DNA of 64,000 bases, from assembly GCA_965116925.1 (NCBI GenBank), contig OZ220744.1, positions 4,480,001 through 4,544,000 of the forward strand, given 5' to 3'. Numbering within the stretch: position 1 is the first letter of the stretch; the number at the start of each line of letters is the position of its first letter. This document shows positions 29,660 to 40,473 of this stretch, in pieces. The translations under genes were made by a program, and so were the position numbers. This stretch comes from Candidatus Poribacteria bacterium (GTDB lineage: Bacteria > Poribacteria > WGA-4E > PCPOR2b). The notes beneath the pieces are model-generated. The model saw only the letters and a list, made by a program, of their open reading frames with translations. It did no database searches and was not told the origin of the DNA.

Positions 29660-30415
29660 ATGAAATTTGTTCGATATCAATCTAATGGAAATGTAAATTA
29701 CGGGACGCTTTCAGGCAACACTATTAACGAAATAGATGGCGATCCAATCACCGGACATAGCGAAACCGGGAATACAGTCGCATTGGGGGATGTAGAACTG
29801 CTCGCGCCGGTCACACCGGGGAAGGTATTGGCAGTTGGACTGAATTATAGAAGCCATCTCGACGGTGCGCCAGAGCCAGCGAATCCGGAGATCTTCATCA
29901 AGACGCCTACTTGCCTAAACGATCCGGAGGGAAACATTGTGCTGCCGGATGGTGACGATAACGTTCACGCAGAGGGTGAATTGGTCGTTGTCATCAAGAA
30001 CCGCACGAAAGGAGCCACTCCCGAAGAAGCTGCCGCGAACATTTTAGGTGTTACCTGTGGTAACGACGTCAGTGCCCGAACATGGCAAAGCAATGACATG
30101 CAGTGGTGGCGTGCAAAAGCATCCGATACATTTGGTCCCGTCGGTCCTGCCGTTGTAACCGGTCTCGACTACAACGCGCTGCAATTGGAGACACGAATAA
30201 ACGGCGAGGTTGTGCAATCGCAGACTACCGCGGATCTGATTTTCCCTGTGGAAGCGGTTGTCAGTTTCGTTTCGCAGGCGATGACGCTTGAACCGGGAGA
30301 TGTTATCTTCACTGGAACCCCCGGAACAACATCAGCCTTAAAGGCTGGGGATGTGGTAGAGGTAGAACTTGAAGGGATCGGCGTCCTGAAAAACACTGTC
30401 GTTGATGCGTCGTAA
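29660..30415 (+). CDS. Fumarylacetoacetate hydrolase family protein
   Basis: AVGLNY, HAEGEL, GNDVSAR, KASDTFGP, FTGTPG; GGAGG RBS before ATG 29660. Confidence 0.92.
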   Translation: MKFVRYQSNGNVNYGTLSGNTINEIDGDPITGHSETGNTVALGDVELLAPVTPGKVLAVGLNYRSHLDGAPEPANPEIFIKTPTCLNDPEGNIVLPDGDDNVHAEGELVVVIKNRTKGATPEEAAANILGVTCGNDVSARTWQSNDMQWWRAKASDTFGPVGPAVVTGLDYNALQLETRINGEVVQSQTTADLIFPVEAVVSFVSQAMTLEPGDVIFTGTPGTTSALKAGDVVEVELEGIGVLKNTVVDAS

Positions 30416-30598
30416 GCCAATATATAGCTTGAAGGCTTATGTCAAAAGAAAGTGCAAAACGCAAAAAGCGTGAAACGTGAAACGTAATGCGTAAAGGGGC
30501 AGTAAGGTACTAGTTTATTGGTGCAGTCGGGCTAGGGAGCCCAACCTAAATGTAGGTGGATTTGCTAACTGAAGTTCAAGAATTGGGCGGTGCAAGTT

Positions 30599-31135
30599 AT
30601 GAACGACCTGAATACGGCGGATCCTTATTTTACGTTTCAAGACGGTTTTGTTCCGGTGAAGATACTCGCCGGCAACCATATTTTTGAACGGCTTGCGCCG
30701 CAGCGGACGAGTATCATCTTTGGGGTAACAGAACTGCCGTGGGCTGTTGCTGCTTATCGAATTAATGAACTCATTATACAGCTAGAGCCAAATCTTGACG
30801 AGGTGGACGCAATCGCTATCGAAAATTCAGGGAAAGCCCGACTTGTCCGTGATAGTGCAGTTATTTACGAGTTAGATTGCATCATCCCGCCGGACATTAC
30901 CGGATTGCACTCTAATTTTTTCTACCGTTGTCCTGAATGCAACGAGCACATTTACGAATGCACACATCTCCGAATCGGTGAACGAGATAAACGTAAAGCC
31001 TCTCCCTCACCGTCTGTTGCCTCAGAAGTCACAACCTGTCCTATCTGTGACGGCAAGATCCAGCACCTCGCACAGGGGATAAGTTTTTGCCTCGACTGCG
31101 ATTGGGAGCACGGCTTGGAACCGATCCGTCGATAA
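30599..31135 (+). CDS. Hypothetical protein with two putative zinc ribbons
   Basis: CPEC..CTH and CPIC..CLDC. Confidence 0.55.
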   Translation: MNDLNTADPYFTFQDGFVPVKILAGNHIFERLAPQRTSIIFGVTELPWAVAAYRINELIIQLEPNLDEVDAIAIENSGKARLVRDSAVIYELDCIIPPDITGLHSNFFYRCPECNEHIYECTHLRIGERDKRKASPSPSVASEVTTCPICDGKIQHLAQGISFCLDCDWEHGLEPIRR

Positions 31136-31181
31136 AAGGGTTGACAATCAGTTTTTGAAACAACGGAGGACACCACCAGTT

Positions 31182-32273
31182 ATGAAAATCACCCGTATCA
31201 AACTCTATATCGTCAACGTGCCCGAACGAAAATGGTGGTGGTCTGATGACTTTTATGGTCAGCCAGCACACCAACGGTCAGAGCATGGCATCGCTGAAGT
31301 CGAAACCAGCGAAGGACTGACAGGACTTACCCAGATAGGGCGTGCTACGCCGATGGCAACCATGGAGGCAGCGTTGAGCGAATGGTTGGGTCAGGATGTA
31401 CTAAAGATTAATCTCGCCGATTCGACCACACCAATGGTGGGTGCTTTTGAACAGGCGGTACTTGATCTGCGCGGTCAGGTACTCGGCGTCCCGATCTGGA
31501 GTTTGCTTGGTGGCAGACTCCGGGATCGCATTTTTGTCACCCAATGTACTGGCTACAAGACGCCGCAGCACACAGCAGAGGACGCACAGTGGGGATGGGA
31601 ACACGGTTTTCGTGCCTACAAGATGAAGTGCATCACGAGCAGAGAGACGACATCAGAGGAACGCATCCGCTATGTTGCTGACCGCATTGAAGCCATCCAC
31701 AAAGTCCTACCGGACATGGCAGTACGCCCCGATATTCGCTGGCGGCTTGAGGAGGTCTGGGTGGCTCAAGAACTTGCTCGTCGCTTGCAGGGGCATCGGG
31801 TGGAGAGTCTAGAAAGTCCGATAACTAAACGCGCGGCAGGGGGCACCTTTTCTGAGTGGCGTCGTCTGCGACAGACCATCCACCTCCCTGTGGGGGACCA
31901 CGTCTATAACAGCGAAGATCTCATCCAGCGGTTTCAGGCGGAGGCACTTGATTACGCGATTGTTGGAGGTTCGACTGCTTTTGAGGCGATTAATCAATCA
32001 CGCCTTGCCCATGAATTGGGTATGGGTGGTTGGTCACAAACGGTGGCGTACGGACCGGGGGCGGCTATGGGGTTGCATGTGGCTGCTTGCATGCCTCACC
32101 TGACGCAGCCGTATGATATGGTTGGGCCCATGGCTTGGGAAAACACCCTGGTCAATGAGGACTTCCCGTTTGAAGATGGCTGTTTTCTGGTGCCGGATCG
32201 CCCTGGATTGGGATACACCCTGAATCACGATGCGGTTAAAAAGTATCTGGTTACGAAGCGGGATTTTGAATGA
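31182..32273 (+). CDS. Mandelate racemase/muconate lactonizing enzyme family protein
   Basis: MKITRI, DLRGQVLGVPIWSLLGG, KMK, PDRPGLG. Confidence 0.85.
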   Translation: MKITRIKLYIVNVPERKWWWSDDFYGQPAHQRSEHGIAEVETSEGLTGLTQIGRATPMATMEAALSEWLGQDVLKINLADSTTPMVGAFEQAVLDLRGQVLGVPIWSLLGGRLRDRIFVTQCTGYKTPQHTAEDAQWGWEHGFRAYKMKCITSRETTSEERIRYVADRIEAIHKVLPDMAVRPDIRWRLEEVWVAQELARRLQGHRVESLESPITKRAAGGTFSEWRRLRQTIHLPVGDHVYNSEDLIQRFQAEALDYAIVGGSTAFEAINQSRLAHELGMGGWSQTVAYGPGAAMGLHVAACMPHLTQPYDMVGPMAWENTLVNEDFPFEDGCFLVPDRPGLGYTLNHDAVKKYLVTKRDFE

Positions 32274-32335
32274 GTTGTTTCCACAGTCATTCCCATCTGA
32301 ACATAGGATCCTTATAGACGGAAGAAAGCGTATCA

Positions 32336-35300
32336 ATGAAATCCGATGAAAAAGCTGAAAATGGAAATCTCCCGTATTTGCGGCAGCCGTCCCTCTCGCC
32401 GGACGGTAGCAAAATCGCTTTCTGCTACGCGGGAGATGTTTGGATTGTCCCCGCAGGTGGCGGAGCGGCGAGCCGTATAACATCTCACGCAAGCAATGAT
32501 TCAGATCCAATCTTCTCTCCCGACGGAACGCAGTTGGCGTTTGCATCTCAGCGTACAGGTGGTGGAAATATCTACACCATCTCTCTCCAATCGAACCAGC
32601 CACCGAAACGTTTGACCTATCACGACGAATCGATCCCGCCGGCATGCTGGTCCCCCGATGGGCAATGGCTTTACTTTACCTCCGATTATGATGGGATTCG
32701 AGGTGCAGGTTATAAGATCCATGTTGACGGAGGGACACCGATCCAAGTTGCTGGCGATCCACGAGAAACCCACTACAATTTAGCAATCTCACCCGATGGG
32801 AAGACGTTAGCTTTTAACAATAATGGATTCCCATGGTGGCGGCGTGGACAGCATTCGTCTGGGCATTCTGACATCTGGATAGTCAGTGAAGCAGTTGGAG
32901 CGGACGACCACCGTCGATTGACGCAATACCTCGGCAAAAATCTGAGACCGATGTGGAACGCTGACGGCACTGGGCTTTTCTACCTGAGCGATCGTGACGA
33001 CGAGGAAAATATCTGGTATATGACGCTGGAAGGTGATACGGAGACCGTGCAGTTTACTCACTTTACCAACGGGCGAGTGTTGCGTCCCTCTATTGCCGCG
33101 GATGGAAAATGGATTGCCTTTGAACGCGACTTTCAGATTTGGCTGCTAAACCTTGAAAGCCGAACGTCTGAGCCGGTGGAGATTATCCTTCAGACCGACG
33201 AAAAATCGAACCCTATCCAGCATCATAGCTACACCTCTGGTATTAATGAATTTGAACTTGCTCCTGACGGTAGAAAGGTTGCCTTTATTGTTCATGGCGA
33301 GGTCTTCGCGGATTTGGCAGATAAAGGGGATAAGGTCAAAAAGGGCGGGGATTCGTTCAAGGTAACGGACACCCCTTTCCGTGAGAGCCAGTTGCAGTGG
33401 CACCCTGAAAGCGACCGTGTCGTGTACATCTCGGATCGGACAGGACACAACGAAGTCTTTCAATACCACTTCAAAGAGCGGGTGGAAACGCAACAGACGG
33501 ATTCACCAGAGCAGAAATACACACCAAAGTTTTCACCCGATGGGAAGTGGCTTGCTTATATTCAGGTCCCTATGAATCCCGATACAGGGGGGATTGAAGG
33601 CGAAATCTGGTTGATGGATACAGAAACCGAGGAGCAACGATCTTTCATCACCGATCAAGTTTTTATCGGTGTGCCACAGCCGACAGAGTTTGAATGGTCG
33701 CCGGATAGCCAATGGTTAGCCTTTATCGCGACAGATACCAATTTCTTCAGCAACCTCTATGTTCAGCATATCGAAGCGGATACTCCCAAACAGCTGACCT
33801 TTTTGAGTAATATCAGCACAGGTGATATCCTCTGGTCACCAGACGGAAAATTTATCGTCTTTAACACGGGACAATACCGCGCTGAGTCACAGATTGCGAG
33901 GGTAGATCTGAAGCCGATTCGACCGGTTTTCAAGGAAGAAGATTTCGATCGGCTATTTCGGGAGGCAAAGCCGGATAAGCCGCAGCCGCCCGAAGCAGAG
34001 TCCACTGAAAAAGAAGATACCGATTCAAGGCCCGAAAACTCGGAAGAATCAGAAAACGAACAGAGTACTGAGAGCGAAAAGGGGAAGAATGAGAAGCCTG
34101 AAAAGAAGATTGAGCCGGTTGAGATAGAGTTTGAAGGGATTAAACACCGGCTCCGTTTCCTCACCGATTTCAAACTCAATGCCTCTGCTGAAAGTATTCG
34201 TCCTAACAGCAAAACGCTCATCTTCCGTGCTGCTATGACAGGGCAGCAGAACCTGTGGAGTCTGTCTCTTGAAGAGGATAAACGCGGTGAACTACCCAAG
34301 CAGTTGACGGGGACCGCCAGCGGAAAAAGGAATGTGCATTTCATACCGAATGGCAAAAAGTTTTATTATACCGATGGGGGACGCATTCATTCCGTAGGAA
34401 TGGGCGAAGATGGTGCAAAGGAGGGAGATGCGAAGGCGTTAGATACGAGAGCAGAGGTTGAGGTCAACTTTCATCTCGAAAAGATGCAAGCCTTCGATGA
34501 AGCGTGGCGGTTGATTCGAGATGGATTTTACGATCCACAGTTCCACGGTTGTGATTGGGAGCAGGTACACCAGATGTTTGGTCCGATGGTAGAGGGAGTA
34601 CAAACACAGGTAGAATTCCGTGAACTATTGAATCTCATGGTTGGAGAATTGAACGCCTCCCATCTCGGTGCGGGTGGCCGGACTGACAACGCACCAGATA
34701 GCTTTCTCGGTGCGGATTTCGATCGAAAGACATTGGAAGAGGATGGGCACTTCAAGATTTCAGAAATTATTCCCCAATCTCCACTAACGCTTATAGAAGA
34801 ACCCGCACAGGTTGGGGAGTATCTGGTTGCGGTCAATGGAGTTGCCCTTAATCGAGGGGTCAACCTACCTGAACAACTCCAGCGAAAACAGGGAAAGCGG
34901 GTGACTGTGAAACTCAACGATAAACCCCAGTTGGAGGGAGGTCGAGAGCTAACTGTCCAGCCCATTGACAGCGGTCAGCACCGAAACCTCCGTTACAAGG
35001 AATGGGTACGTTGGAATGAGACTTACGTCCACGAAAAGAGCAATCAACGACTTGGGTATGTCCACATCCGTGAGATGTCTTACGAAGCCTACCTCCGGTT
35101 TATCGCTGACCTCGATACCGAAACCCACGACAGAGAAGGGGTCGTGCTTGATGTCCGATTTAACCCCGGCGGACATATCGCCCCTTTCATCCTTGATGTT
35201 TTGCACCGCAGAGCCTATACCCAATCGAATTATCGTGGGTTAATCAGCACAACAGACACCAACCTTGCAGGCAATCGCATCTTGGAGCAGCCTGTTATTC

Positions 35301-35626
35301 TTATTACCAACGAACATTCTGGAAGCAATGCGGAGATGTTTAGCGAGGGGTTCCGAAAGTTGGGACTCGGTAAGGTGGTCGGTATGCCTACAGCTGGCGC
35401 GGTCATCTGGACCTGGGGTTGGAGTCTACTTGATGGTACAATCTTCCGATTACCCCGGTTAAGGGTCACAACCTTGGAAGGCGAGAATACGGAGGGCACC
35501 GCCCGCCCGGTCGATTTTCAAGTTGACCGCCCACTTGGTGAAGCGGCGCAATTGCTCGACAGTCAACTTGATGTTGCTGTCGAGCAATTGCTAGCGCAAA
35601 TCGATGAAGATGGTGAGGCGGCGTAG
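32336..35626 (+). CDS. Tricorn-like S41 protease
   Basis: PD40 propeller repeats, GELNASH, PDZ region, DVRFNPGG, HSGSNAEMF catalytic Ser region. Confidence 0.92.
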   Translation: MKSDEKAENGNLPYLRQPSLSPDGSKIAFCYAGDVWIVPAGGGAASRITSHASNDSDPIFSPDGTQLAFASQRTGGGNIYTISLQSNQPPKRLTYHDESIPPACWSPDGQWLYFTSDYDGIRGAGYKIHVDGGTPIQVAGDPRETHYNLAISPDGKTLAFNNNGFPWWRRGQHSSGHSDIWIVSEAVGADDHRRLTQYLGKNLRPMWNADGTGLFYLSDRDDEENIWYMTLEGDTETVQFTHFTNGRVLRPSIAADGKWIAFERDFQIWLLNLESRTSEPVEIILQTDEKSNPIQHHSYTSGINEFELAPDGRKVAFIVHGEVFADLADKGDKVKKGGDSFKVTDTPFRESQLQWHPESDRVVYISDRTGHNEVFQYHFKERVETQQTDSPEQKYTPKFSPDGKWLAYIQVPMNPDTGGIEGEIWLMDTETEEQRSFITDQVFIGVPQPTEFEWSPDSQWLAFIATDTNFFSNLYVQHIEADTPKQLTFLSNISTGDILWSPDGKFIVFNTGQYRAESQIARVDLKPIRPVFKEEDFDRLFREAKPDKPQPPEAESTEKEDTDSRPENSEESENEQSTESEKGKNEKPEKKIEPVEIEFEGIKHRLRFLTDFKLNASAESIRPNSKTLIFRAAMTGQQNLWSLSLEEDKRGELPKQLTGTASGKRNVHFIPNGKKFYYTDGGRIHSVGMGEDGAKEGDAKALDTRAEVEVNFHLEKMQAFDEAWRLIRDGFYDPQFHGCDWEQVHQMFGPMVEGVQTQVEFRELLNLMVGELNASHLGAGGRTDNAPDSFLGADFDRKTLEEDGHFKISEIIPQSPLTLIEEPAQVGEYLVAVNGVALNRGVNLPEQLQRKQGKRVTVKLNDKPQLEGGRELTVQPIDSGQHRNLRYKEWVRWNETYVHEKSNQRLGYVHIREMSYEAYLRFIADLDTETHDREGVVLDVRFNPGGHIAPFILDVLHRRAYTQSNYRGLISTTDTNLAGNRILEQPVILITNEHSGSNAEMFSEGFRKLGLGKVVGMPTAGAVIWTWGWSLLDGTIFRLPRLRVTTLEGENTEGTARPVDFQVDRPLGEAAQLLDSQLDVAVEQLLAQIDEDGEAA

Positions 35627-35664
35627 GGACAGACTCCGGTGTTGCTGGTTCGCCCGAGTTGCCG

Positions 35665-35692
35665 GTAAGGAATGCAGATCTGCGTTCCCTAC
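35665..35692. repeat. REP-like palindrome
   Basis: GTAAGGAATGCAGATCTGCGTTCCCTAC; near-identical copy at 53882-53909. Confidence 0.75.
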
Positions 35693-35705
35693 CGGGCACA
35701 TTCTC

Positions 35706-36539
35706 CTATCCAAGTGTCTTCCAAACGAGTCGAATTGCAAACGCCACCACGGCGACAACAAGAACAACCCGAATCCACTTATCACCTTTTTCGACTGCCC
35801 AATGACTACCGATCCAAGCACCGGTGGCATTCCCGACGGCAAGCGTCAAACCAAAATACCAATCCACATTTTTACTTATAATGAAGACAACTAAGGCACT
35901 AACGGTGTAAAAAAAGACCACAAACAGTTTGATAGCATTGGTGCGAACCAGATCGAAACCGTTCGTCAGCGTTAGTGCTGCAATGATAATAAACCCTGCC
36001 CCTGCCTGAATAAAACCACCGTAGATACCTACGAAAAAAAAGACGAACATCCCGATGATTTTGCGTATTATGTCGTAGTAGGTATACCAGTTACCTCGTG
36101 CACCTACGAAAAAAAAGACAACGCTCCCGATGATGTTGCGAAGTAAACTCAAACCTTCAGGTCCATCTTGCAACTTCTTAGTTGGATTAAAAAGGGTTAT
36201 AATTAGCACGCCAATCATGATGCCGGCGAGAACGCGGTTAAAGATAACCTCATCCATTTCAACGGCAATCTGGGCGCCTAACCATGCTCCGACCAGCGCA
36301 GGGAGGGTAAGAAGCGTGCTATAGCCAAAATCAGAAACGCCCTTGCGGCGGAATCCCATAATTCCGCTGGCATTCTGGGCGAAAACTGCGACCCTGTTGG
36401 TCCCATTCGCTGTTGCCGGAGGTAAACCGAGAAAAATTAGAACCGGGAGGGTAAGTAGTGAACCACCGCCGGCAACGGTGTTGAGGAAACCGGCGAAGAC
36501 ACCGGTAACGAGAATTAACGGGATTTCCCAAATTTCCAT
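35706..36539 (-). CDS. TauE/SafE (TSUP) family transporter
   Basis: AGFLNTVAGGGSLLTLP, ANGTNR, GIYGGFIQAGAG; ATG at MEIWEI preferred. Confidence 0.9.
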   Translation of the reverse strand: MEIWEIPLILVTGVFAGFLNTVAGGGSLLTLPVLIFLGLPPATANGTNRVAVFAQNASGIMGFRRKGVSDFGYSTLLTLPALVGAWLGAQIAVEMDEVIFNRVLAGIMIGVLIITLFNPTKKLQDGPEGLSLLRNIIGSVVFFFVGARGNWYTYYDIIRKIIGMFVFFFVGIYGGFIQAGAGFIIIAALTLTNGFDLVRTNAIKLFVVFFYTVSALVVFIISKNVDWYFGLTLAVGNATGAWIGSHWAVEKGDKWIRVVLVVAVVAFAIRLVWKTLG

Positions 36540-36763
36540 GTGTTGTTTTTGCAACTCCTCATTGGTTGGATTGAAAGACCACAACCACGATTATATCAGT
36601 TTTCAACTAGTTAATCCAGCGAAAAGCTGAGAATCTTTGAGAAAAATTGCACAGGTTGACTTATTTGGGGATGGTGTGCTAAATTAAGGGGGTCCAATTT
36701 GGATTTACCTATTCGGGGCAACTTTTTGCTAATCCGTTGTTTTTAGAACAGAAGGAGAGAAAT

Positions 36764-37234
36764 ATGTTAGCCGTTAAAGCACTGGGCCATGTGGGAATCT
36801 ACTGTACCGATCTGCAACGGTCCAAAGATTTTTACACCCGCATCTTAGGGCTCACAGTTACCGACGAAGACCCTGATGGTAACATCACCTTTCTTAGTGC
36901 ACAGCCAGACGAGGAACACCATGAAGTTGCACTCTGTCCGGGCAGAGACGTACCAGCGGGGGCAAAGGTTATTCAACAAGTGTCTTTCATTGTGGAAGAT
37001 CTACCAACCCTGAAGCAATTTTATCATCGGCTGAAAGAGGAGGAGGTGCGTTTCCGCAGTATTGTCAGCCACGGCATTGCCCTTGCTATTTACTGCTACG
37101 ACCCCGATGACAACGTTGTTGAGATCTATGCGAAGACACCGTACAAGGTAGCGCAACCGCTCTCTGAACCGGTCGACCTTGAATTATCGGACGAGGAATT
37201 GCTCGCCATTGCTGAGGGGGGTGCACAGTCATAG
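36764..37234 (+). CDS. VOC/glyoxalase family protein
   Basis: LGHVGIYCTDL, FYTRILGL, DPDDNVVE; AAGGAG RBS. Confidence 0.88.
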   Translation: MLAVKALGHVGIYCTDLQRSKDFYTRILGLTVTDEDPDGNITFLSAQPDEEHHEVALCPGRDVPAGAKVIQQVSFIVEDLPTLKQFYHRLKEEEVRFRSIVSHGIALAIYCYDPDDNVVEIYAKTPYKVAQPLSEPVDLELSDEELLAIAEGGAQS

Positions 37235-37258
37235 TGCCACTACGAAAAGGAGGGTGTC

Positions 37259-37861
37259 ATGAGCTTAGCATATTCATTAACAATTGCAGGCATTGTAGAA
37301 AAACTAGAAACCCGCGACCCGCTGCCACCGCTCGCCCCAAGCGCAGAGTGGGACAGCGAACTCACCCATCGAATTGAGAGTTTGTCGCTAGAAACGCTCT
37401 TTGATGGGCAATCCGTTAAGGATTCAACGATGGGATACGCTATGCAGAGCGGTTTGCTGCTCTGGAACGACGCGCTTGATGCGTCACACACAATCTCGCA
37501 AGGTATCGAAAGCGAAACAGGCAGCTATTGGCACGGCATTATGCACCGCCGCGAGCCGGACTATAGCAACGCGAAATACTGGTTTAGGCGCGTTGGAGTG
37601 CATTCCACCTTTCCTGCCCTCCGCGAACGGGCGTTAGTGCTGCTTCAAGAGTGTTCAACCGAATCAGACTCGCTCACAGATTATGTTGAGGCAGTTGAAA
37701 AAACAGAAGGTTGGGATGCCTTTCGGTTTGTTGATTGGTGTCAGGCTGCGGATGGGGATGGATTAACGCCGGAAGCAGTGAAATCGTTTTTACAAGCTGT
37801 ACAGGTTGAGGAGATTAAACTATTGCTGGATTATTCCTATCAGCAAGCACTCACTCAATAG
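37259..37861 (+). CDS. Conserved hypothetical protein
   Basis: [26 protein letters not shown] motif; AGGAGG RBS. Confidence 0.7.
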   Translation: MSLAYSLTIAGIVEKLETRDPLPPLAPSAEWDSELTHRIESLSLETLFDGQSVKDSTMGYAMQSGLLLWNDALDASHTISQGIESETGSYWHGIMHRREPDYSNAKYWFRRVGVHSTFPALRERALVLLQECSTESDSLTDYVEAVEKTEGWDAFRFVDWCQAADGDGLTPEAVKSFLQAVQVEEIKLLLDYSYQQALTQ

Positions 37862-37932
37862 AGGTGGCGCAGTTAGGTTGTGTCATCGGAATAGTGGGCA
37901 TATTCCAATCAAACTAAACAGGAGGGATTATC

Positions 37933-38943
37933 ATGCGTTCTGACAATGACTTCCGGTACTACTTCTTACTCATCGTGGTCGGTTACCTACTCGCAACACT
38001 TTGCATCTCTTTTGTTGATGCGTCTTCAATCAAAACCAGTTACAAGTATCAAGAGATCAAGCGGCTCCATAAAATGACCCTCCAAGAGAGCGAGCCGGCA
38101 GGACTTAATATGCTGATTCAGAAATCGCGTACGTTTATCGCGGAGCATCCGAAATACAAACGGATTGATCAGGTCTACTACATTTTTGGCAATGCCTTGA
38201 CCAAAGCTGGAAATGCCGAGGAGGCGGTTAAGGCTTATCAACAACTTGTAGAAAATTATCCGAAAGCTACCTATTTCGCGCTCGCTCTCTTAGAGATGGG
38301 ATTAGCTTATGACCGGCTCGGTCAGCATGACAAAGCGGATGCAGCGTATCATCAATTAATTGAACACCCAAAATACGGTTCGCGCGCATCTGCGAAGACC
38401 GCGAAGCGGTTGCTAGCACTAGAAAAGGAGAACCGCACCGGCGAGGTTCCCGCAAACCCTTCATACGGAGGGCGACCGGATGCACTGGTCGGCAAAAAGG
38501 CGATTGATTTCAATGTGAAAGACCTTGATGGCGACGACCTGTCCTTGGAGAAATATCGAGGTAACGTGATCTTACTCGATTTCTGGGCGGTTTGGTGTGC
38601 ACCGTGTATCGCTGAAATGCCCAATGTGAAGCAGGTATACGAGAAATATAAGGATGAGAACTTCCAGATCATTGGCATTAGCCTTGATAATAGTCGGGAT
38701 ATATTGGTGGGTTATCTAGAAAAGGAAGGGATAGCTTGGCCCCAAGTTTTTGATGGAAACGGTTGGGATAATCAGGTGGCGAAGATCTATGGTATCCGTG
38801 CTATTCCGCAGATGTACCTCATTGATGGCGAAGGCGTGATTCGCAAGTCAGATGTTCGAGGACATGCCCTTGAACCGGCGGTTGCAGAACTAGTCCGAGA
38901 GAACAACGCGAAATTGCAAGGCAACAAACCTGATGAGAAATAG
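37933..38943 (+). CDS. TPR + TlpA-like thioredoxin (redoxin) protein
   Basis: N-terminal anchor, TPRs, DFWAVWCAPC, IP cis-Pro loop. Confidence 0.88.
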   Translation: MRSDNDFRYYFLLIVVGYLLATLCISFVDASSIKTSYKYQEIKRLHKMTLQESEPAGLNMLIQKSRTFIAEHPKYKRIDQVYYIFGNALTKAGNAEEAVKAYQQLVENYPKATYFALALLEMGLAYDRLGQHDKADAAYHQLIEHPKYGSRASAKTAKRLLALEKENRTGEVPANPSYGGRPDALVGKKAIDFNVKDLDGDDLSLEKYRGNVILLDFWAVWCAPCIAEMPNVKQVYEKYKDENFQIIGISLDNSRDILVGYLEKEGIAWPQVFDGNGWDNQVAKIYGIRAIPQMYLIDGEGVIRKSDVRGHALEPAVAELVRENNAKLQGNKPDEK

Positions 38944-39015
38944 CGTCGAAGGGATTCGTGGATGGTTGAATGAGTCAATCCTATCAAAAATTTGTGCTTA
39001 TAGGAGATTCCACTA

Positions 39016-40056
39016 ATGAAATCAACGCAAATTTCCATACTAATTGTTATAGTCCTTTCAATCGCAATAATCGTCTTGGTTTTTTTAACGATAACTCGAC
39101 CCTCTCTATTTAATCCAGACCTTATCGTCAAAGATCCTCCGGAATTGAGTGTGCCTGAAGGTGCTAGAGCCCACTTCGGTAAGGGTCAAATAAGTGAGAT
39201 AGCCTATTCTCCCGATAGTAGTCGTCTCGCAGTTGCCAGTTCTATCGGGGTTTTGATACATGATGCACGAACCGGTGAAGAACTTAGGCGACTCAAGGGA
39301 CATAGGGCAGAGGTCTATAGCGTCGCGTTTAGCCCGGATGGCAGCACCCTCGCCAGTGGGGCTGAGGACGATACCGTCCGTCTGTGGGATGCGGTCACGG
39401 GTAAGCACAAACGAACACTCAAAGGGCATACAACTAGGGTCTTTAGGCATAAAGGTTCGGTCTATAGTGTGGCATTCAGTCCCGACGGCAGCACGCTTGC
39501 AAGCGGCAGTGCGGACCAGACCATCCGTCTGTGGGATGTCGCCACAGGTGAACCCAAGGGGGTGCTCACAGGACATGTAGCACAAGTTAACAACGTCGTC
39601 TTCAGTCCTGATGGCGGGACACTTGCGAGTGGGAGTAGTTTTGGCAGAGTGCGGTTGTGGGATGGTATCACAGGCGTCCACAAGCAAACACTCCCTGGTC
39701 GTGTTCAGGGGTTCATCTGGGATTTAGCGTTCAGTCCGGATGGCAGCACCCTCGCATGTGCAACCTTTGACGGGGTGAAATTCTGGGATGTTATCACAGG
39801 GCAGGTCACAACTTCATTTGCAGGGGAGGCTGTGATGAGTATTGCGTATAGCCCAAATGGCACTACCCTTGCAAGTGGGGGTGACGACGACGCCCCCACC
39901 ATCCGTCTGCGGGATGTCGCCACAGGCGTTCACAAGCAAACACTCACTGGTCATGGTCAGTGGTTCATCCGGGACTTAGCGTTCAGTCCGGATGGCAGCA
40001 CTCTCGCAAGCGGGTCATGGGACGGAACGACGATCCTGTGGGACCTGAACCAGTAG
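39016..40056 (+). CDS. Membrane-anchored WD40 repeat protein
   Basis: N-terminal hydrophobic helix; ~7 GH..VAFSPDG.TLASG..D..LWD repeats. Confidence 0.92.
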   Translation: MKSTQISILIVIVLSIAIIVLVFLTITRPSLFNPDLIVKDPPELSVPEGARAHFGKGQISEIAYSPDSSRLAVASSIGVLIHDARTGEELRRLKGHRAEVYSVAFSPDGSTLASGAEDDTVRLWDAVTGKHKRTLKGHTTRVFRHKGSVYSVAFSPDGSTLASGSADQTIRLWDVATGEPKGVLTGHVAQVNNVVFSPDGGTLASGSSFGRVRLWDGITGVHKQTLPGRVQGFIWDLAFSPDGSTLACATFDGVKFWDVITGQVTTSFAGEAVMSIAYSPNGTTLASGGDDDAPTIRLRDVATGVHKQTLTGHGQWFIRDLAFSPDGSTLASGSWDGTTILWDLNQ

Positions 40057-40345
40057 TAGTAATCAACGAAGATGCAGTTGTAAACCGCCTCGATTTGGTG
40101 CTGTAATAACCCACGCTGCTCTAACCTACACCTATTCACAATTGAAGTTTACTCTCCCATTCCAAGTGCCGGTGTATCATTTCTGCAACGAGAGAGTTCA
40201 TAATTTGAACATCTTCTTTGTGAACACAACCCTCCCTTTGCAATCTCAACTCATGTTAAAAGCAGGCGCAAAGTCCCTTAGAAGACGGGTTTGCCGAAGT
40301 ACTTGCTTTTCTGCACAATACGCTTCGCACGGTTCAAGATAATTG

Positions 40346-40361
40346 TGGCATCTAAATTGCA
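40346..40361 (+). promoter_or_regulatory. Candidate sigma54 promoter of second WD40 gene
   Basis: TGGCAT-CTAAA-TTGCA, GG-N10-GC. Confidence 0.65.
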
Positions 40362-40473
40362 TATAGCCGATAAACCAAATGAGTTTCCGTTCGGCACCGA
40401 TTCATGTCAGATCCTATCTGGCTCTGTTGAAATATCAATGGAACTTAATGAAAGGAGATGCCAACAAAATCTA

